Shown piece after piece: positions 1 through 10,342 of a stretch of 64,000 nt of DNA. The stretch covers positions 23,641 through 87,640 of the forward strand of contig JBBCAW010000002.1 in NCBI GenBank assembly GCA_051382295.1, written 5' to 3'. The stretch is from Bdellovibrionota bacterium FG-1. GTDB lineage: Bacteria; Bdellovibrionota; UBA1018. Position 1 is the first letter of the stretch. Every line of letters starts with the position of its first letter. A program made the position numbers and the translations under genes. The notes beneath the pieces were generated by a model. It saw only the letters and a list, made by a program, of their open reading frames with translations, was not told the origin of the DNA and did no database searches.

Positions 1-407
1 TCTAAAATCCCATTGACGAATGAAGGACTATCCGCCGAGCCAAACTGTTTAGCCAGTTCAATGGCTTCGTCGATCACCACCGAGGGAGGGGTGTCGGGAA
101 AATTTTGCAGCTCGAAAGTCGCCATCCGCAACAAGTTGCGATCAATGCTGCTCATTCTGGAAATCTTCCAGTTAGCAGCATGTTTTTCTAGTAAAGCATC
201 CAACGTAGGGAGTTCTCGCAAAGTACCGGCAACCAGTTCAGCCGTAAAGCCGCGAAGCTCGTCGGCGACCCGAAAATGATCAAAGTGTTTGTTGATCTCC
301 TCAAGAATGGTCGTAGGGGTTAGAAGCGTTTTGACCGTTGAACCTGAGTCATAACGATAAAGAATTTGGAGGGCAGTTTCGCGAGCCTGGTGGCGAGAAG
401 GTTTCAT
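1..407 (-). CDS. nusB: Transcription antitermination factor NusB (runs off window edge)
   Basis: Not in the ORF track. Manual minus-strand translation from ATG at 407 gives MKPSRHQARETALQILYRYD...IDRNLLRMATFEL...VVIDEAIELAKQFGSADSPSFVNGIL; start overlaps the nrdR stop (ATGA). Confidence 0.93.
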   Translation of the reverse strand, partial: MKPSRHQARETALQILYRYDSGSTVKTLLTPTTILEEINKHFDHFRVADELRGFTAELVAGTLRELPTLDALLEKHAANWKISRMSSIDRNLLRMATFELQNFPDTPPSVVIDEAIELAKQFGSADSPSFVNGIL

Positions 408-898
408 ACGTCCTTAAAAGAAAAAGTCAAACTATTGGGGTCGTCTTGATTGGCTTGCGGAATTTGGAGTTCGGCAACAAATTCTTCAACGTCGCGAAAT
501 TCGCGATAAACGGAGGCAAATCGGACATAAGCGACTTTATCGAGTTTAGATAGCTCAATCATCACCATTTGACCGATCGTTTTACTGGGGATCTCCTTCA
601 GTCCGTAGCTTTGAATTCGCCGTTCCATGCCGCGAACCAGTTCCTCGATCTTCTGCAAGGGAATCGACCGTTTTTCACAGGCCTTTTGGATTCCCTCGAC
701 GATTTTCGAGCGATCAAAGCTTTCTCGACGTCCATCTTTCTTGATCACGGCAGGCATGACTTCTTCAACCCGCTCATAGGTTGTAAAGCGCCCCTCGCAG
801 CGCTCGCAAGCGCGCCGTCGGCGGATCATGTCCCCGGGCTGGTTGAGCCGAGAGTCAATCACCTTAGTTTCGAGTTCAGAGCAAAATGGACATTTCAC
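404..898 (-). CDS. nrdR: Transcriptional repressor NrdR
   Basis: MKCPFC...IRRRRAC..C..RFTTYE, ATP-cone, VAYVRFASVYREF. Confidence 0.98.
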   Translation of the reverse strand: MKCPFCSELETKVIDSRLNQPGDMIRRRRACERCEGRFTTYERVEEVMPAVIKKDGRRESFDRSKIVEGIQKACEKRSIPLQKIEELVRGMERRIQSYGLKEIPSKTIGQMVMIELSKLDKVAYVRFASVYREFRDVEEFVAELQIPQANQDDPNSLTFSFKDV

Positions 899-931
899 TG
901 CTAGGTCTACTACCCGATTTGACCTGGTGCT

Positions 932-2236
932 TCAAGGGTGAAAATAGACCGGAAAACTCCCACAGAGTTCCCGAACGGCCCCTCGAACCCTGGCGAGGGC
1001 CGGAGTGTCCCCCTTGGCCTTCAGAACTTCATGAATCCAGACAGCTATTTGCTTCATTTCAGAGGCGCCCATCCCGCGAGTGGTAATGGCCGGCACCCCG
1101 ATCCGAATGCCGCTCGTCACAAAAGGACTGCGTTTTTCATTGGGAATCGTGTTCTTATTGACCGTGATCCCAGCCAGGTCCAGCCAGGTTTCGGCATCTT
1201 TGCCCGAAATCGAACCATCGAGAGTTTGCGTAAGGTCGACCAACATGAGGTGGTTGTCAGTGCCATCGGTGACGAGCTTAAAACCCTGATGAATCAAGGA
1301 GTCAGCAAGAGCCTTGGCGTTCGCAATGACTTGCTTTTGGTAGCCGATGAAGCCTGGACTGAGCGCTTCACCAAAGGCCACGGCCTTGGCAGCGATCACG
1401 TGCATGAGGGGGCCGCCTTGAATTCCTGGAAAAATCTGTGAGTTGACGGCTTTGATTCGGTCGGCCGCTGTAGCCAACGTGCTACCGATCGCGGGGCCTT
1501 GGCCCGTGAGGATCAGTCCCCCGCGAGGGCCGCGCAGTGTTTTGTGGGTAGTCGAGGTGGTGTAGGTTGAATGGGGAATGGGGCTGGGATGAAGCCCTGC
1601 CGCCACCAGCCCTGCAATATGGGCCATATCGACCACAAAATAGGCGCCGTTTTCAGCCGCGATTTTCCCCATGGTCTCAAAGTCGATCGTACGTGGATAG
1701 GCGCTGGCGCCAGCCACCAGAACTTTGGGTTTTTCTTTTTTGACCAGATCTCGAATCAGGTCGTAATCGAGACGATGGGTTTCGGGATTGAGTCCGTAGG
1801 CTGCGACCCTGAACAGTCGGCCTGAAAAGTTGACGGGACTTCCGTGGGTGAGATGTCCACCATGCGAAAGGCTCATGCCCACCATCGTATCTCCCGGTTG
1901 CATGAGCGCCAAATAGGCGGCCATATTGGCTTGCGAACCCGAATGGGGCTGGACATTCGCCGCTGGGGACCCAAAAAGCCGACAAACTCGGTCGATGGCC
2001 AGGGTTTCGACTTGGTCAACAAACTCGCATCCCCCATAGTAGCGTTTGCCTGGATAGCCTTCGGCATATTTGTTGGTGAGCTTCGAGCCTTGTGCCTCGA
2101 GCACCGCTTGGCTGACATAATTTTCAGAAGCGATCAGCTCTAAGCCCTCCTCTTCTCGAACACTTTCTCGTTCAATAGCTGTAAAAATGGCTGGATCCGC
2201 GACACTTAAGTTGCGATTAAACTCTTGATGCGACAT
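932..2236 (-). CDS. glyA: Serine hydroxymethyltransferase
   Basis: [33 protein letters not shown]. Confidence 0.99.
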   Translation of the reverse strand: MSHQEFNRNLSVADPAIFTAIERESVREEEGLELIASENYVSQAVLEAQGSKLTNKYAEGYPGKRYYGGCEFVDQVETLAIDRVCRLFGSPAANVQPHSGSQANMAAYLALMQPGDTMVGMSLSHGGHLTHGSPVNFSGRLFRVAAYGLNPETHRLDYDLIRDLVKKEKPKVLVAGASAYPRTIDFETMGKIAAENGAYFVVDMAHIAGLVAAGLHPSPIPHSTYTTSTTHKTLRGPRGGLILTGQGPAIGSTLATAADRIKAVNSQIFPGIQGGPLMHVIAAKAVAFGEALSPGFIGYQKQVIANAKALADSLIHQGFKLVTDGTDNHLMLVDLTQTLDGSISGKDAETWLDLAGITVNKNTIPNEKRSPFVTSGIRIGVPAITTRGMGASEMKQIAVWIHEVLKAKGDTPALARVRGAVRELCGSFPVYFHP

Positions 2237-2238
2237 CT

Positions 2239-2688
2239 TTAAACCTTTTCTAGTTGTGTGATTTTATCGATGCGGGCTTGATGACGGGGGTCACCGCTAA
2301 AGGGCGTGTTGAGCCAAGTTTGAACAATTTCCGCCCCGTATTCGGGGGCTATGAAGCGCGAACCCAGACAAAGGACGTTGGCGTCGTTATGTTCGCGCGA
2401 AAGTCGGGCGCCGACTGGGTTTTCCACGACGGCGGCTCGGATTCCGGCAACCTTGTTGGCTGCGATGCTCATTCCGATTCCACTTCCACAAACCAAAACG
2501 CCTTGGGTGGCCGAGCCCGATACAATTTTTTCTGAAAGGGTTTTGGCAAAGTCGGGATAATCCACTCGACCATTGCCCAGCGGTCCGAGATCTTCCCACT
2601 CCCAACCAGGCAGAGCTTGTTGAATGAAGCTTTTGAGAGCGACGCCGGCGTGATCTGAGGCAATCAACACGCGTTTGAGCGGGGTCAT
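2239..2688 (-). CDS. rpiB: Ribose-5-phosphate isomerase B
   Basis: [33 protein letters not shown]. Confidence 0.97.
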   Translation of the reverse strand: MTPLKRVLIASDHAGVALKSFIQQALPGWEWEDLGPLGNGRVDYPDFAKTLSEKIVSGSATQGVLVCGSGIGMSIAANKVAGIRAAVVENPVGARLSREHNDANVLCLGSRFIAPEYGAEIVQTWLNTPFSGDPRHQARIDKITQLEKV

Positions 2689-4022
2689 GTTTGAGAGTCT
2701 CCTGCGTTCAGTTTTCCGAATAAAAGGCTGGCGTTGGTGCCGCCAAAACCAAAGCTATTGGAAAGAGCAAAGTGGAGTTCTTTTTTGACTGTTTGATTGG
2801 CCGTGAAATCGAGGCCCAGTTCGATGCAGCCGGGGTCGAGGTTTTCGATGTTGATGGTCGGGGGAATTCGTCCGTCTCGAATCGCTAAAAGACAGAAAAT
2901 CGCCTCAATGCCGCCGGCCGCGCCGAGCAAATGACCGGTCATGGATTTTGTCGAACTGATGTGAAGATGTTTCGCGCTATTGGGAAAAACATTTTTAATG
3001 GCGCGAGCTTCTTCGATGTCGCCCGCTGGCGTCGAGGTTCCATGGGCGTTGATATAGCCCACTTGCTCGGGCTGTATGTGGGCATCACGAAGGGCCATTT
3101 CCATGGACCTTCGGCCCCCTTCGCCTTCGGGGGCGGGGGTGGTCATATGGTACGCATCCCCGGAGAGACCGTAACCCACGATCTCCCCGTAGATTTTGGC
3201 ACCTCTTTTTTTAGCATGTTCGAGTTCTTCTAAAACCAAGATCGCCGCGCCTTCACCCATTACAAAGCCGTCACGATTTTCATCCCAAGGACGTGAGGCT
3301 TTTTCGGGGGCGTCATTGCGGGTCGAAAGAGCGCGCATGGCCGCAAATCCTGCGATTCCGAGTTTACAAATCACAGACTCCGCACCGCCCGCGAAGATAA
3401 TATCAGCATCTCCTCGCTGAATTTGTCGAAAGCTTTCGCCTAAGCTATGAGCGCTGGAGCTGCACGCTGTGACATTGCAGAGATTGGGACCCTTCAAATT
3501 GAGTAAAATACTGAGCTGACCGGCAGCCATGTTGGGAATGACTTGGGGAATGAAAAAGGGGGTGACTCTTCGATAGCCTTTATTTAGAAATTCCGTGTGA
3601 ACCGCTTCGATCTCAGGCAGACCGCCCATTCCTACGCCAATGTTCACACCCAAACGGGTGGGATCCAGGTGGGCACGGTGGAGGTCCAAGCCGGAGTCTT
3701 GATAGGCTTCAAGGCCGGCGGCCAAGGCAAAATGGACGTAGCGTCCCACTCGTCTCGCATCTTTGGTGCTAGCAGCAACGGTCAGGGGGTCGCCTTGTTG
3801 CGAGGGTGTGGCGTGAGGAAAAAATGGACCCACGGGTCGGGTGACATCAAAGCCCCGGACTTCACCTGCAATTTGAACCGGACAATCTTGGGTATCAAAA
3901 AGCGTAATTTTGCCGATGCCTGGTTTTCCTTCGAGGGCATTGGTCCAGGTTTCCGGAGCGGAAAGCCCTAAAGGCGAAACAGCACCCAGGCCAGTGACGA
4001 CCACCCGACGCGATGAATCCAT
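2685..4022 (-). CDS. fabF: 3-oxoacyl-ACP synthase II
   Basis: RRVVVTGLG, TACSSS, NAHGTST, KSMTGHLLGAAG, SNSFGFGGTN. Confidence 0.97.
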   Translation of the reverse strand: MDSSRRVVVTGLGAVSPLGLSAPETWTNALEGKPGIGKITLFDTQDCPVQIAGEVRGFDVTRPVGPFFPHATPSQQGDPLTVAASTKDARRVGRYVHFALAAGLEAYQDSGLDLHRAHLDPTRLGVNIGVGMGGLPEIEAVHTEFLNKGYRRVTPFFIPQVIPNMAAGQLSILLNLKGPNLCNVTACSSSAHSLGESFRQIQRGDADIIFAGGAESVICKLGIAGFAAMRALSTRNDAPEKASRPWDENRDGFVMGEGAAILVLEELEHAKKRGAKIYGEIVGYGLSGDAYHMTTPAPEGEGGRRSMEMALRDAHIQPEQVGYINAHGTSTPAGDIEEARAIKNVFPNSAKHLHISSTKSMTGHLLGAAGGIEAIFCLLAIRDGRIPPTINIENLDPGCIELGLDFTANQTVKKELHFALSNSFGFGGTNASLLFGKLNAGDSQT

Positions 4023-4035
4023 CCGCGTTTCTGCT

Positions 4036-4278
4036 TTAGTGATTTTGCTTGGAAGTGATGTATTTCACGACATCACCGACCGTCTTCATTTTTTCAGCGT
4101 CTTCGTCCGGAATATCGAGATCAAACTCTTCTTCCATCGTCATGACGAGTTCAACAATGTCGAGGCTGTCCGCACCCAGATCATCGATGAATGAGGCCGG
4201 TTGAGTGACCTTTTCAGGTTCTACAGCGAGTTGATCACAGATAATGTTACGGACTCTTTCTTCAACAGAAGCGGACAT
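4036..4278 (-). CDS. acpP: Acyl carrier protein
   Basis: [14 protein letters not shown] motif; position in fab operon. Confidence 0.98.
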   Translation of the reverse strand: MSASVEERVRNIICDQLAVEPEKVTQPASFIDDLGADSLDIVELVMTMEEEFDLDIPDEDAEKMKTVGDVVKYITSKQNH

Positions 4279-4314
4279 TCAATTCTCCTTGAAAATAAAA
4301 ATCAAAAACCAAAA

Positions 4315-5082
4315 TCAAATATACATCCCACCGTTTACCCCGATCACCTGCCCAGTGATATACCGGCTTGCCGGGGAGGCCAAAAAGGAGACGAGAGATG
4401 CAACATCTTCGGGAGCTCCTAATCTACCCAGTGGGACGCCGCGCAGAATCGCTTCTTTTTGAGCATCCGTCAAGACCCCAGTCATATCTGTTGAAATGTA
4501 TCCGGGGGTGACCACATTGACGCGCACCTGCCGACTGCCCAGTTCACGAGCCACGCTCTTACTAAATCCGATTAACCCGGACTTAGCCGCCGCGTAGGCG
4601 CTTTGCCCTGCGTTACCCATTTCAGCGATGACAGAAGAAATCTGAATGACGCTGCCTTCCCGGGCTCGCATCATTTGTTTGCAGGCCGCGCGGGTGCAGT
4701 AAATCGAACCTTTCAGGTCAATTGCCAAGATTTTATCCAGATCTTCATCCTTGAGCCGAACTAGCAGTGAGTCGATCGTAATCCCCGCGTTATTGACTAA
4801 GACTTGGAGTGGACCGTAGGTTTTGCCAATCCATTCAATTTTTTCGTCGACAGCTTCTGAGTGCGACACGTCAAAACCGCAGAGTTCAGCCTGTCCGCCC
4901 TGCTTCCGTATGGAGTCAACCACTTCGCGGGCTTTGGTTTCGTTGGATGCATAATTGACTAAAACCCTATACCCATCTTGGGCCAGTTTATGCGCGATCA
5001 CTGCCCCAATTCCTCGCGAAGCGCCGGTCACGAGCGCGGGACGAGGATGGGCGCCAAGTTCTGAGGTTGTTTGAGGGGTCAT
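4315..5082 (-). CDS. fabG: 3-oxoacyl-ACP reductase
   Basis: TGASRGIG, VNNAGIT, YAAAK. Confidence 0.97.
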   Translation of the reverse strand: MTPQTTSELGAHPRPALVTGASRGIGAVIAHKLAQDGYRVLVNYASNETKAREVVDSIRKQGGQAELCGFDVSHSEAVDEKIEWIGKTYGPLQVLVNNAGITIDSLLVRLKDEDLDKILAIDLKGSIYCTRAACKQMMRAREGSVIQISSVIAEMGNAGQSAYAAAKSGLIGFSKSVARELGSRQVRVNVVTPGYISTDMTGVLTDAQKEAILRGVPLGRLGAPEDVASLVSFLASPASRYITGQVIGVNGGMYI

Positions 5083-6095
5083 TTAAGTGCCTCGAGTCCT
5101 TTGATTCCGCTAGAATCCCCGACATTGAGGAGGATACATTTTTTGTCTAGAGGCTGGGCGATTCGCTTCATTAGGCCCGAGAGAACCTTTCCAGGGCCAA
5201 ACTCAATGGCAGTCGTCGCCCCCGCCTCAAGCAAGGTCTTCATCGACTGATTCCACAAAACAGAATGATCGATTTGTTCGACGAGCATTTCGAATACGAT
5301 TCCGGCTTCGGTATTCAGCCGCCCGGTCCGATTAGGAATGTAGGGAAAACTCGGGGACTTAGGTCGGGCTGCCGCGAGACTATTGCCAAAAATCTCTTCC
5401 ATTCGCTCGCGAGCGGGTCTCATCAGTCGGCAGTGAAAAGGTGCGCTCACCGAAAGGGGGATGGCTTTGCCGCCGTCGAAGGAATCACCCGTTTTAACGA
5501 GTGCAATAGCTTCATTGACCGCGTCTAAAGAGCCGGCAATGACGGTTTGACCAGGGGAGTTGTAATTGGCGGGTTCAACAATGACTTCGACTGTGAGGTC
5601 AGGGTTTTCGCCGGAGCTTCGTTTGGTCTTGGCATTCTGGGTAGCGAGCTGACAAAGGCGCTCGATCGCGGCATCGTCAAGTCCCATGATGGCAGCCATG
5701 GTTCCTTGCCCTGCGGGTACGGCTTGTTGCATGGCTCGACCTCGTTCACGCACCCAAGAAACAGCCGTGGCCAGCGGAAAAACGTTGGCTGCCACCAGCG
5801 CGGAGTATTCACCCAAGGAGTGGCCTGCGACGGCATCGGGGCGAAAACCCAGTTCTTTTTGCGCAACCCGAAACGCGGCGACAGAAGTGGTCAGGAGGCA
5901 GGGCTGGGTGTTTTCGGTGGCGGTGAGTTCGGCTTCAGGGCCCTCGAAGCACAATTTGCGAAGGTTGAGCTGAATGGCATCCGAGGCTTCTTCAAAAATT
6001 TCACGAACCACTTTGAAGTTAGCGTAAAGATCCTTGGCCATCCCGACTTGTTGCGACCCTTGGCCTGGAAAAAGTGCGACCCGCGAAATCGACAT
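5079..6095 (-). CDS. fabD: Malonyl-CoA:ACP transacylase
   Basis: FPGQGSQ, GHSLGEY, SAPFHC, EFGPGKVL. Confidence 0.97.
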   Translation of the reverse strand: MSISRVALFPGQGSQQVGMAKDLYANFKVVREIFEEASDAIQLNLRKLCFEGPEAELTATENTQPCLLTTSVAAFRVAQKELGFRPDAVAGHSLGEYSALVAANVFPLATAVSWVRERGRAMQQAVPAGQGTMAAIMGLDDAAIERLCQLATQNAKTKRSSGENPDLTVEVIVEPANYNSPGQTVIAGSLDAVNEAIALVKTGDSFDGGKAIPLSVSAPFHCRLMRPARERMEEIFGNSLAAARPKSPSFPYIPNRTGRLNTEAGIVFEMLVEQIDHSVLWNQSMKTLLEAGATTAIEFGPGKVLSGLMKRIAQPLDKKCILLNVGDSSGIKGLEALK

Positions 6096-6101
6096 AGTTT
6101 T

Positions 6102-7124
6102 TTACCACCTCAATAAGACTGATCCAAAAGTCAGACCGGCGCCAAACGCATCCAGCAATACCAGTTGTCCTGGTTGAATCCTTCCATCGCGGACGGCTTC
6201 GTCCAGTGCGGTGGGTATGGTGGCCGCCGATGAGTTACCGTAGCGATCGAGGTTCACGATCACCTTTTCCATCGGAAAATTCAAACGTTTGGCCACGGCC
6301 TCAATGATTCGAAGATTAGCTTGATGGGGGATCATCCAATCGAGTTGCGCTATGTTCAGTTGGTTGGTTTCAAGGGCTTTGGCCGCAAAATCAGACAAGG
6401 TTCGAACGGCGACCTTGAAAATTTCTTTTCCCTTCATTTGCATTTTATCGAGCTTGAGGGCCTGAACTTCTGGGGTGATCTCAAGATTGGAGCCCCCCGC
6501 CACCACATGAAAAAGATCCCAGAGGTTGCCATCACTTTCCATGTGACTTGAAAGAATACGTCGGGGATCTTGGGCGTGGGTCCGCTCGACCACGACGGCC
6601 CCGGCGCCATCTCCAAATAAAATGCACGACGTGCGATCATCCCAGTCGGTGAGGCTGCTCAGAATTTCGGATCCTACGACCAAGATAGTTCGAGCGCTTC
6701 CGGATTGAATAAATTGACTGGCCGTCGCTAAGGAGTAGACAAAGCCGGAGCAGGCGGCGTTGACGTCAAAGGTCCAGGCGCGTTTTGCGCCGAGTTTTTT
6801 TTGTAGCCAGCAACCTGTCGACGGAATGGGCGTGTCGGGGGTGCAGGTGGCGTAAATAATCTGGTCGATGTCGAGTGGGGTTTTCCCCGCCATTTCAAGC
6901 GCTCTTTGAGCCGCGATCAGGGCGAGTGAGGAGTTTTGTTCCGCGGGATTGCCGCGTTCCGCAATCCTTCGTTCCTGAATCCCTGTGCGGTCTCGAATCC
7001 ATTCGTCACTGGTATCGAGCTTTTTGGAAAGGTCATGATTCGTGAGACGGGTTTTTGGAAAATGACTTCCCGTGCCTGTAATTCTTGCGGCAAAAGAAGA
7101 GTGGGTGGTTGGATCCATCATCAT
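6102..7124 (-). CDS. fabH: 3-oxoacyl-ACP synthase III
   Basis: AACSGF, FGDGAGA, PHQANLRI, YGNSSAA. Confidence 0.97.
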   Translation of the reverse strand: MMMDPTTHSSFAARITGTGSHFPKTRLTNHDLSKKLDTSDEWIRDRTGIQERRIAERGNPAEQNSSLALIAAQRALEMAGKTPLDIDQIIYATCTPDTPIPSTGCWLQKKLGAKRAWTFDVNAACSGFVYSLATASQFIQSGSARTILVVGSEILSSLTDWDDRTSCILFGDGAGAVVVERTHAQDPRRILSSHMESDGNLWDLFHVVAGGSNLEITPEVQALKLDKMQMKGKEIFKVAVRTLSDFAAKALETNQLNIAQLDWMIPHQANLRIIEAVAKRLNFPMEKVIVNLDRYGNSSAATIPTALDEAVRDGRIQPGQLVLLDAFGAGLTFGSVLLRW

Positions 7125-7132
7125 GAGTTCTG

Positions 7133-8260
7133 CTAGGGGTTCGGTTTATTGGGTGAATTCATTTGGAGCGCCCCCTCCAGGCGTTCCACCAGTCCCTGAT
7201 CGAGGGCCGAATGCGCTCTTAAAAGAGCATTCTTGATCGCTCTGGGATTGCTTCGACCATGACAGATAAAGGCGTAACCTGCCACCCCTAAAAGGGGGGC
7301 GGCTCCATATTCGGCGTAGTCCAATTTTCGTTTGAGCTTTCTAAAAGCGTTCGCTGCCAGTAAAAAGCCCAGGGGCGTGAGAAAGCCACTTTTGACTTCT
7401 TGTTTGAGTAGGGTCACCACGGCGGATCCAAGTCCCTCAAGTGACTTAAGTACGACGTTTCCTACAAAGCCGTCTGTGACCACGACATCGACTTTTCCCT
7501 TAAAAATCTCTTTTCCTTCGGCGTAACCCACAAACTGTGCGAGCTGACTCGGGCCATCCTTGAAGCAGGCCAAGGATTCGATGCTTTCGAGGGCGGCGCG
7601 AGTGAGTTCATTGCCTTTGGTTCGTTCCTCACCGTTAGAAAGAATTCCTACTCGCGGTACGCCGGGAGTGACTTTTTCAACCTGCGCAAAAAGCGCACCC
7701 ATCACGGCAAAGTCTCGCAGATGATGGGGCTTGCAATCGACATTAGCCCCGACATCTAGAATCACACAACCATTGGGGCTTAAAGTGGGAAGTTTAACGC
7801 AAATGGCTGGGCGTTCCACGCCCGGCAGGCGTCCCATATGTAAAAGTGCAGCGACCATTAAAGCGCCAGAGTGCCCGGCGCTTATAAACGCCGTTCGAAC
7901 GGAACGGTCCTGCGTTTTGTAATCTTGAGCCGCTATTTGGCAGCCGAGATTGAGGGTGGCCGTGGGCTTGCTACGGATGGTGCGGATGGAGTCCTCCATC
8001 TCAATTTGGACATCCGAGTGAAGAAGCGAGACCTGATATTTTGATTTCTGAGGCGAATCCAGGGCTTCGAGTAAGGGGCGTAAATGCCTGTTTTTAGCTA
8101 GTAATGGGCGTATTTTCGTCTCGTCGCCCAGTAAAACGAGCGCAACGCCTTTTTTTTGAAGTTCCGGTAATGCCCTCAGTGCTCCCTCAAGCGGGGTCAT
8201 AGGGGCGTGATCGCCCCCCATGACATCGAGGATCAGTCGTGTCGAAAAAGTGGAGCCCAA
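7133..8260 (-). CDS. plsX: Phosphate acyltransferase PlsX
   Basis: DVMGGDHAP, LDVGAN, VTDGFVGN, CHGRS. Confidence 0.96.
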   Translation of the reverse strand: MGSTFSTRLILDVMGGDHAPMTPLEGALRALPELQKKGVALVLLGDETKIRPLLAKNRHLRPLLEALDSPQKSKYQVSLLHSDVQIEMEDSIRTIRSKPTATLNLGCQIAAQDYKTQDRSVRTAFISAGHSGALMVAALLHMGRLPGVERPAICVKLPTLSPNGCVILDVGANVDCKPHHLRDFAVMGALFAQVEKVTPGVPRVGILSNGEERTKGNELTRAALESIESLACFKDGPSQLAQFVGYAEGKEIFKGKVDVVVTDGFVGNVVLKSLEGLGSAVVTLLKQEVKSGFLTPLGFLLAANAFRKLKRKLDYAEYGAAPLLGVAGYAFICHGRSNPRAIKNALLRAHSALDQGLVERLEGALQMNSPNKPNP

Positions 8261-8262
8261 AA

Positions 8263-8460
8263 TTAAGCTTGAGCTTGAGTCCGGGGCGAAGCCATCACTT
8301 GCTTACCGGCGTAAGAGCCGCAAGCGCAGACTCGATGGGGCCGAGTGGGTTCGTTGCAACCTAGGCAGGCAGTCGTGGTGGTTTTACCGAGCTTATTGCC
8401 CGCTGCGAATCGACGCATATTGCGGCGGCTGCGTGAAATTTTCTTTTTAGGTGTTGCCAT
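8263..8460 (-). CDS. rpmF: 50S ribosomal protein L32
   Basis: MATPKKKISRSRRNMRR, C..C...PHRVC.CG.Y; yceD-rpmF-plsX order. Confidence 0.96.
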   Translation of the reverse strand: MATPKKKISRSRRNMRRFAAGNKLGKTTTTACLGCNEPTRPHRVCACGSYAGKQVMASPRTQAQA

Positions 8461-8490
8461 GATATCTCCTACAAAACGATAAAATCAGTA

Positions 8491-9162
8491 TTAAAGTTTT
8501 AGATCACGAAGGACCGAAAACGGCTGCGATTGGGCAATCTTCGCACAAGCGCAGCGCCCGGTGTTGAGATCGGCGCCGCACTGAGTGCACATTCCTTTAC
8601 AATCCGTCTGACAGAGGGGTTGAAATGGCACTTGCAGCTGAAGATGCTCAGTTAAGACCTCGCTGAGGTCAATGTAATCGTCTGATAAATAAGTAATGTC
8701 AAGATCTTTGCCTTCAGAAATTGCACGATCTGAAGATGCATCATGGGCATGGCGGGCAAAACCTTGGTTTTGGCCTGCTGGGCGGTTCGACTCTGTCAGA
8801 TGGCCGACTCCTGCCATGACGGGATCTTTACAAAACAGGCCTGAGAAACCGGGGTGGCATTCCAAGTTAAACGGAACAGCGCACCTGCTGCAAACGAGCT
8901 TAACGCTTGTGTCAATATGTCCTGAAATAACAATGACTTCATCTACTTTTCTGAGCGAAAAATGCACAGAGACAGGGCGTGGAGGGGATAGGGCTGGAAG
9001 GGCATGTGCTAGGTTTTCGCTTCGGAATTGCTGAAAGTCTCTGACGGCATCATCATCTTGAGCCTCGTCAACGCGCTCAACAGATTGAATCACCCAAGGC
9101 TCGTTTTCGGTAAAATCGAGCTCCGTTTCCAGGTCAGTAATTTCTTGCAAATAAATCTTCAT
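8491..9162 (-). CDS. yceD: DUF177/YceD family protein
   Basis: CSRC, PLC..DCKGMC..CGADLN...C.C; start placed at MKIYL. Confidence 0.92.
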   Translation of the reverse strand: MKIYLQEITDLETELDFTENEPWVIQSVERVDEAQDDDAVRDFQQFRSENLAHALPALSPPRPVSVHFSLRKVDEVIVISGHIDTSVKLVCSRCAVPFNLECHPGFSGLFCKDPVMAGVGHLTESNRPAGQNQGFARHAHDASSDRAISEGKDLDITYLSDDYIDLSEVLTEHLQLQVPFQPLCQTDCKGMCTQCGADLNTGRCACAKIAQSQPFSVLRDLKL

Positions 9163-9206
9163 AGCTAAGGGTTCGAACACTAGCCTTCGATACAAGATGA
9201 GTCAAA

Positions 9207-10244
9207 TCAAAAAATAGTCCGGCTAAAAAGAGGCTGAAACGATACCTTTTGGCTCTGGGCTGGCTTCTTCGTGACATTCCATTTTACTGAAAAATGGTGT
9301 TCAAGCAGCGGGACTAGATGGTCAAGTCCTAAATATTTCAGAGGAATGGTGGTCAGGCTAGGAATTTCGGCTTGAACGAGTTGCCATCCAGAGCGCCCGG
9401 TATGGATCATTTGAGTTTCAATCCAATGAGCAAAGGCATCAGAAAGTAACAACCCCCCTCCGGCTATCAGACCATCCGAAGTTCGGCAGGCGCCATTTTT
9501 GAGCTGGATTTTGTGGTTTCCAAAAGGATGCCAACTTCCCGGGCGGGTACCGGTGGCATTGACGCAATCCGAAACATAGCAAATGCCTGAGTTTCCATGA
9601 ATTGCTTGGGTCCATCGCAGGATAGGTGCCGCCACATGGACTTGGTCCAAAATCAGCTCAACGGTGACATCTGGGCGACCTAATGCTGCACCGAGGGTTC
9701 CTGTGTCGCGGTGATGAAAAGACAATGCGTTCCAAGCATGGGTCACTCCACAAACCCCTGCATCAAAAGCCGTTTTAGCTTGATCGAACGTCGCTTGGGA
9801 GTGTCCTATGGATAGGATAATTTGACGCTTTTTAGTCCACTGGCGGACTGCTTTGAGAGCGGTGATTGAAAGCTGTTCGGGCGCGAGGGTGATGATTTTG
9901 AGTGTATGTTGGCTGTCTTCCCAAAGGGCATCCAGTTCCTTGATTTGAAGCGGGCGGATCGCCCGAAGGGAGTGTGCGCCTCTTGCATCTGGATTAATGT
10001 AGGGGCCTTCCAGATGAATGCCGAGCGGGAGCGCCCCCTGTTCGGGGCGGGCTGCAATAATCCAGGCTCCCAGCCGCCGAACGGCCGGGCGTAGCTCAGA
10101 AAGGGGTGCTGAGAGAGTGGTTGCACAAAAGGCCGCAATGCCAGACTGGGCAAGGCGCACCGAAAGGTTTCGTAAGTCAATCGCACCGGCCGTCATGAGG
10201 TCAGTTCCGAAGGCACCGTGAAAATGGATATCCACTGCCCCCAT
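9207..10244 (-). CDS. nagA: N-acetylglucosamine-6-phosphate deacetylase-like amidohydrolase
   Basis: DIHFHG, GIHLEGPY, GAH, TLAPE, GHS, THAWNA, VSD; start placed at MGAVDIHFHG (uncertain). Confidence 0.85.
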   Translation of the reverse strand: MGAVDIHFHGAFGTDLMTAGAIDLRNLSVRLAQSGIAAFCATTLSAPLSELRPAVRRLGAWIIAARPEQGALPLGIHLEGPYINPDARGAHSLRAIRPLQIKELDALWEDSQHTLKIITLAPEQLSITALKAVRQWTKKRQIILSIGHSQATFDQAKTAFDAGVCGVTHAWNALSFHHRDTGTLGAALGRPDVTVELILDQVHVAAPILRWTQAIHGNSGICYVSDCVNATGTRPGSWHPFGNHKIQLKNGACRTSDGLIAGGGLLLSDAFAHWIETQMIHTGRSGWQLVQAEIPSLTTIPLKYLGLDHLVPLLEHHFSVKWNVTKKPAQSQKVSFQPLFSRTIF

Positions 10245-10342
10245 AGTTTTCAGGGGCTTGGATATGGTTTTAGTCTTGACGGCGCTTTTGCGGCGTGGCA
10301 CGCAAACAGACATATCACGAATTAGAAAAAAGGCTCTACTCA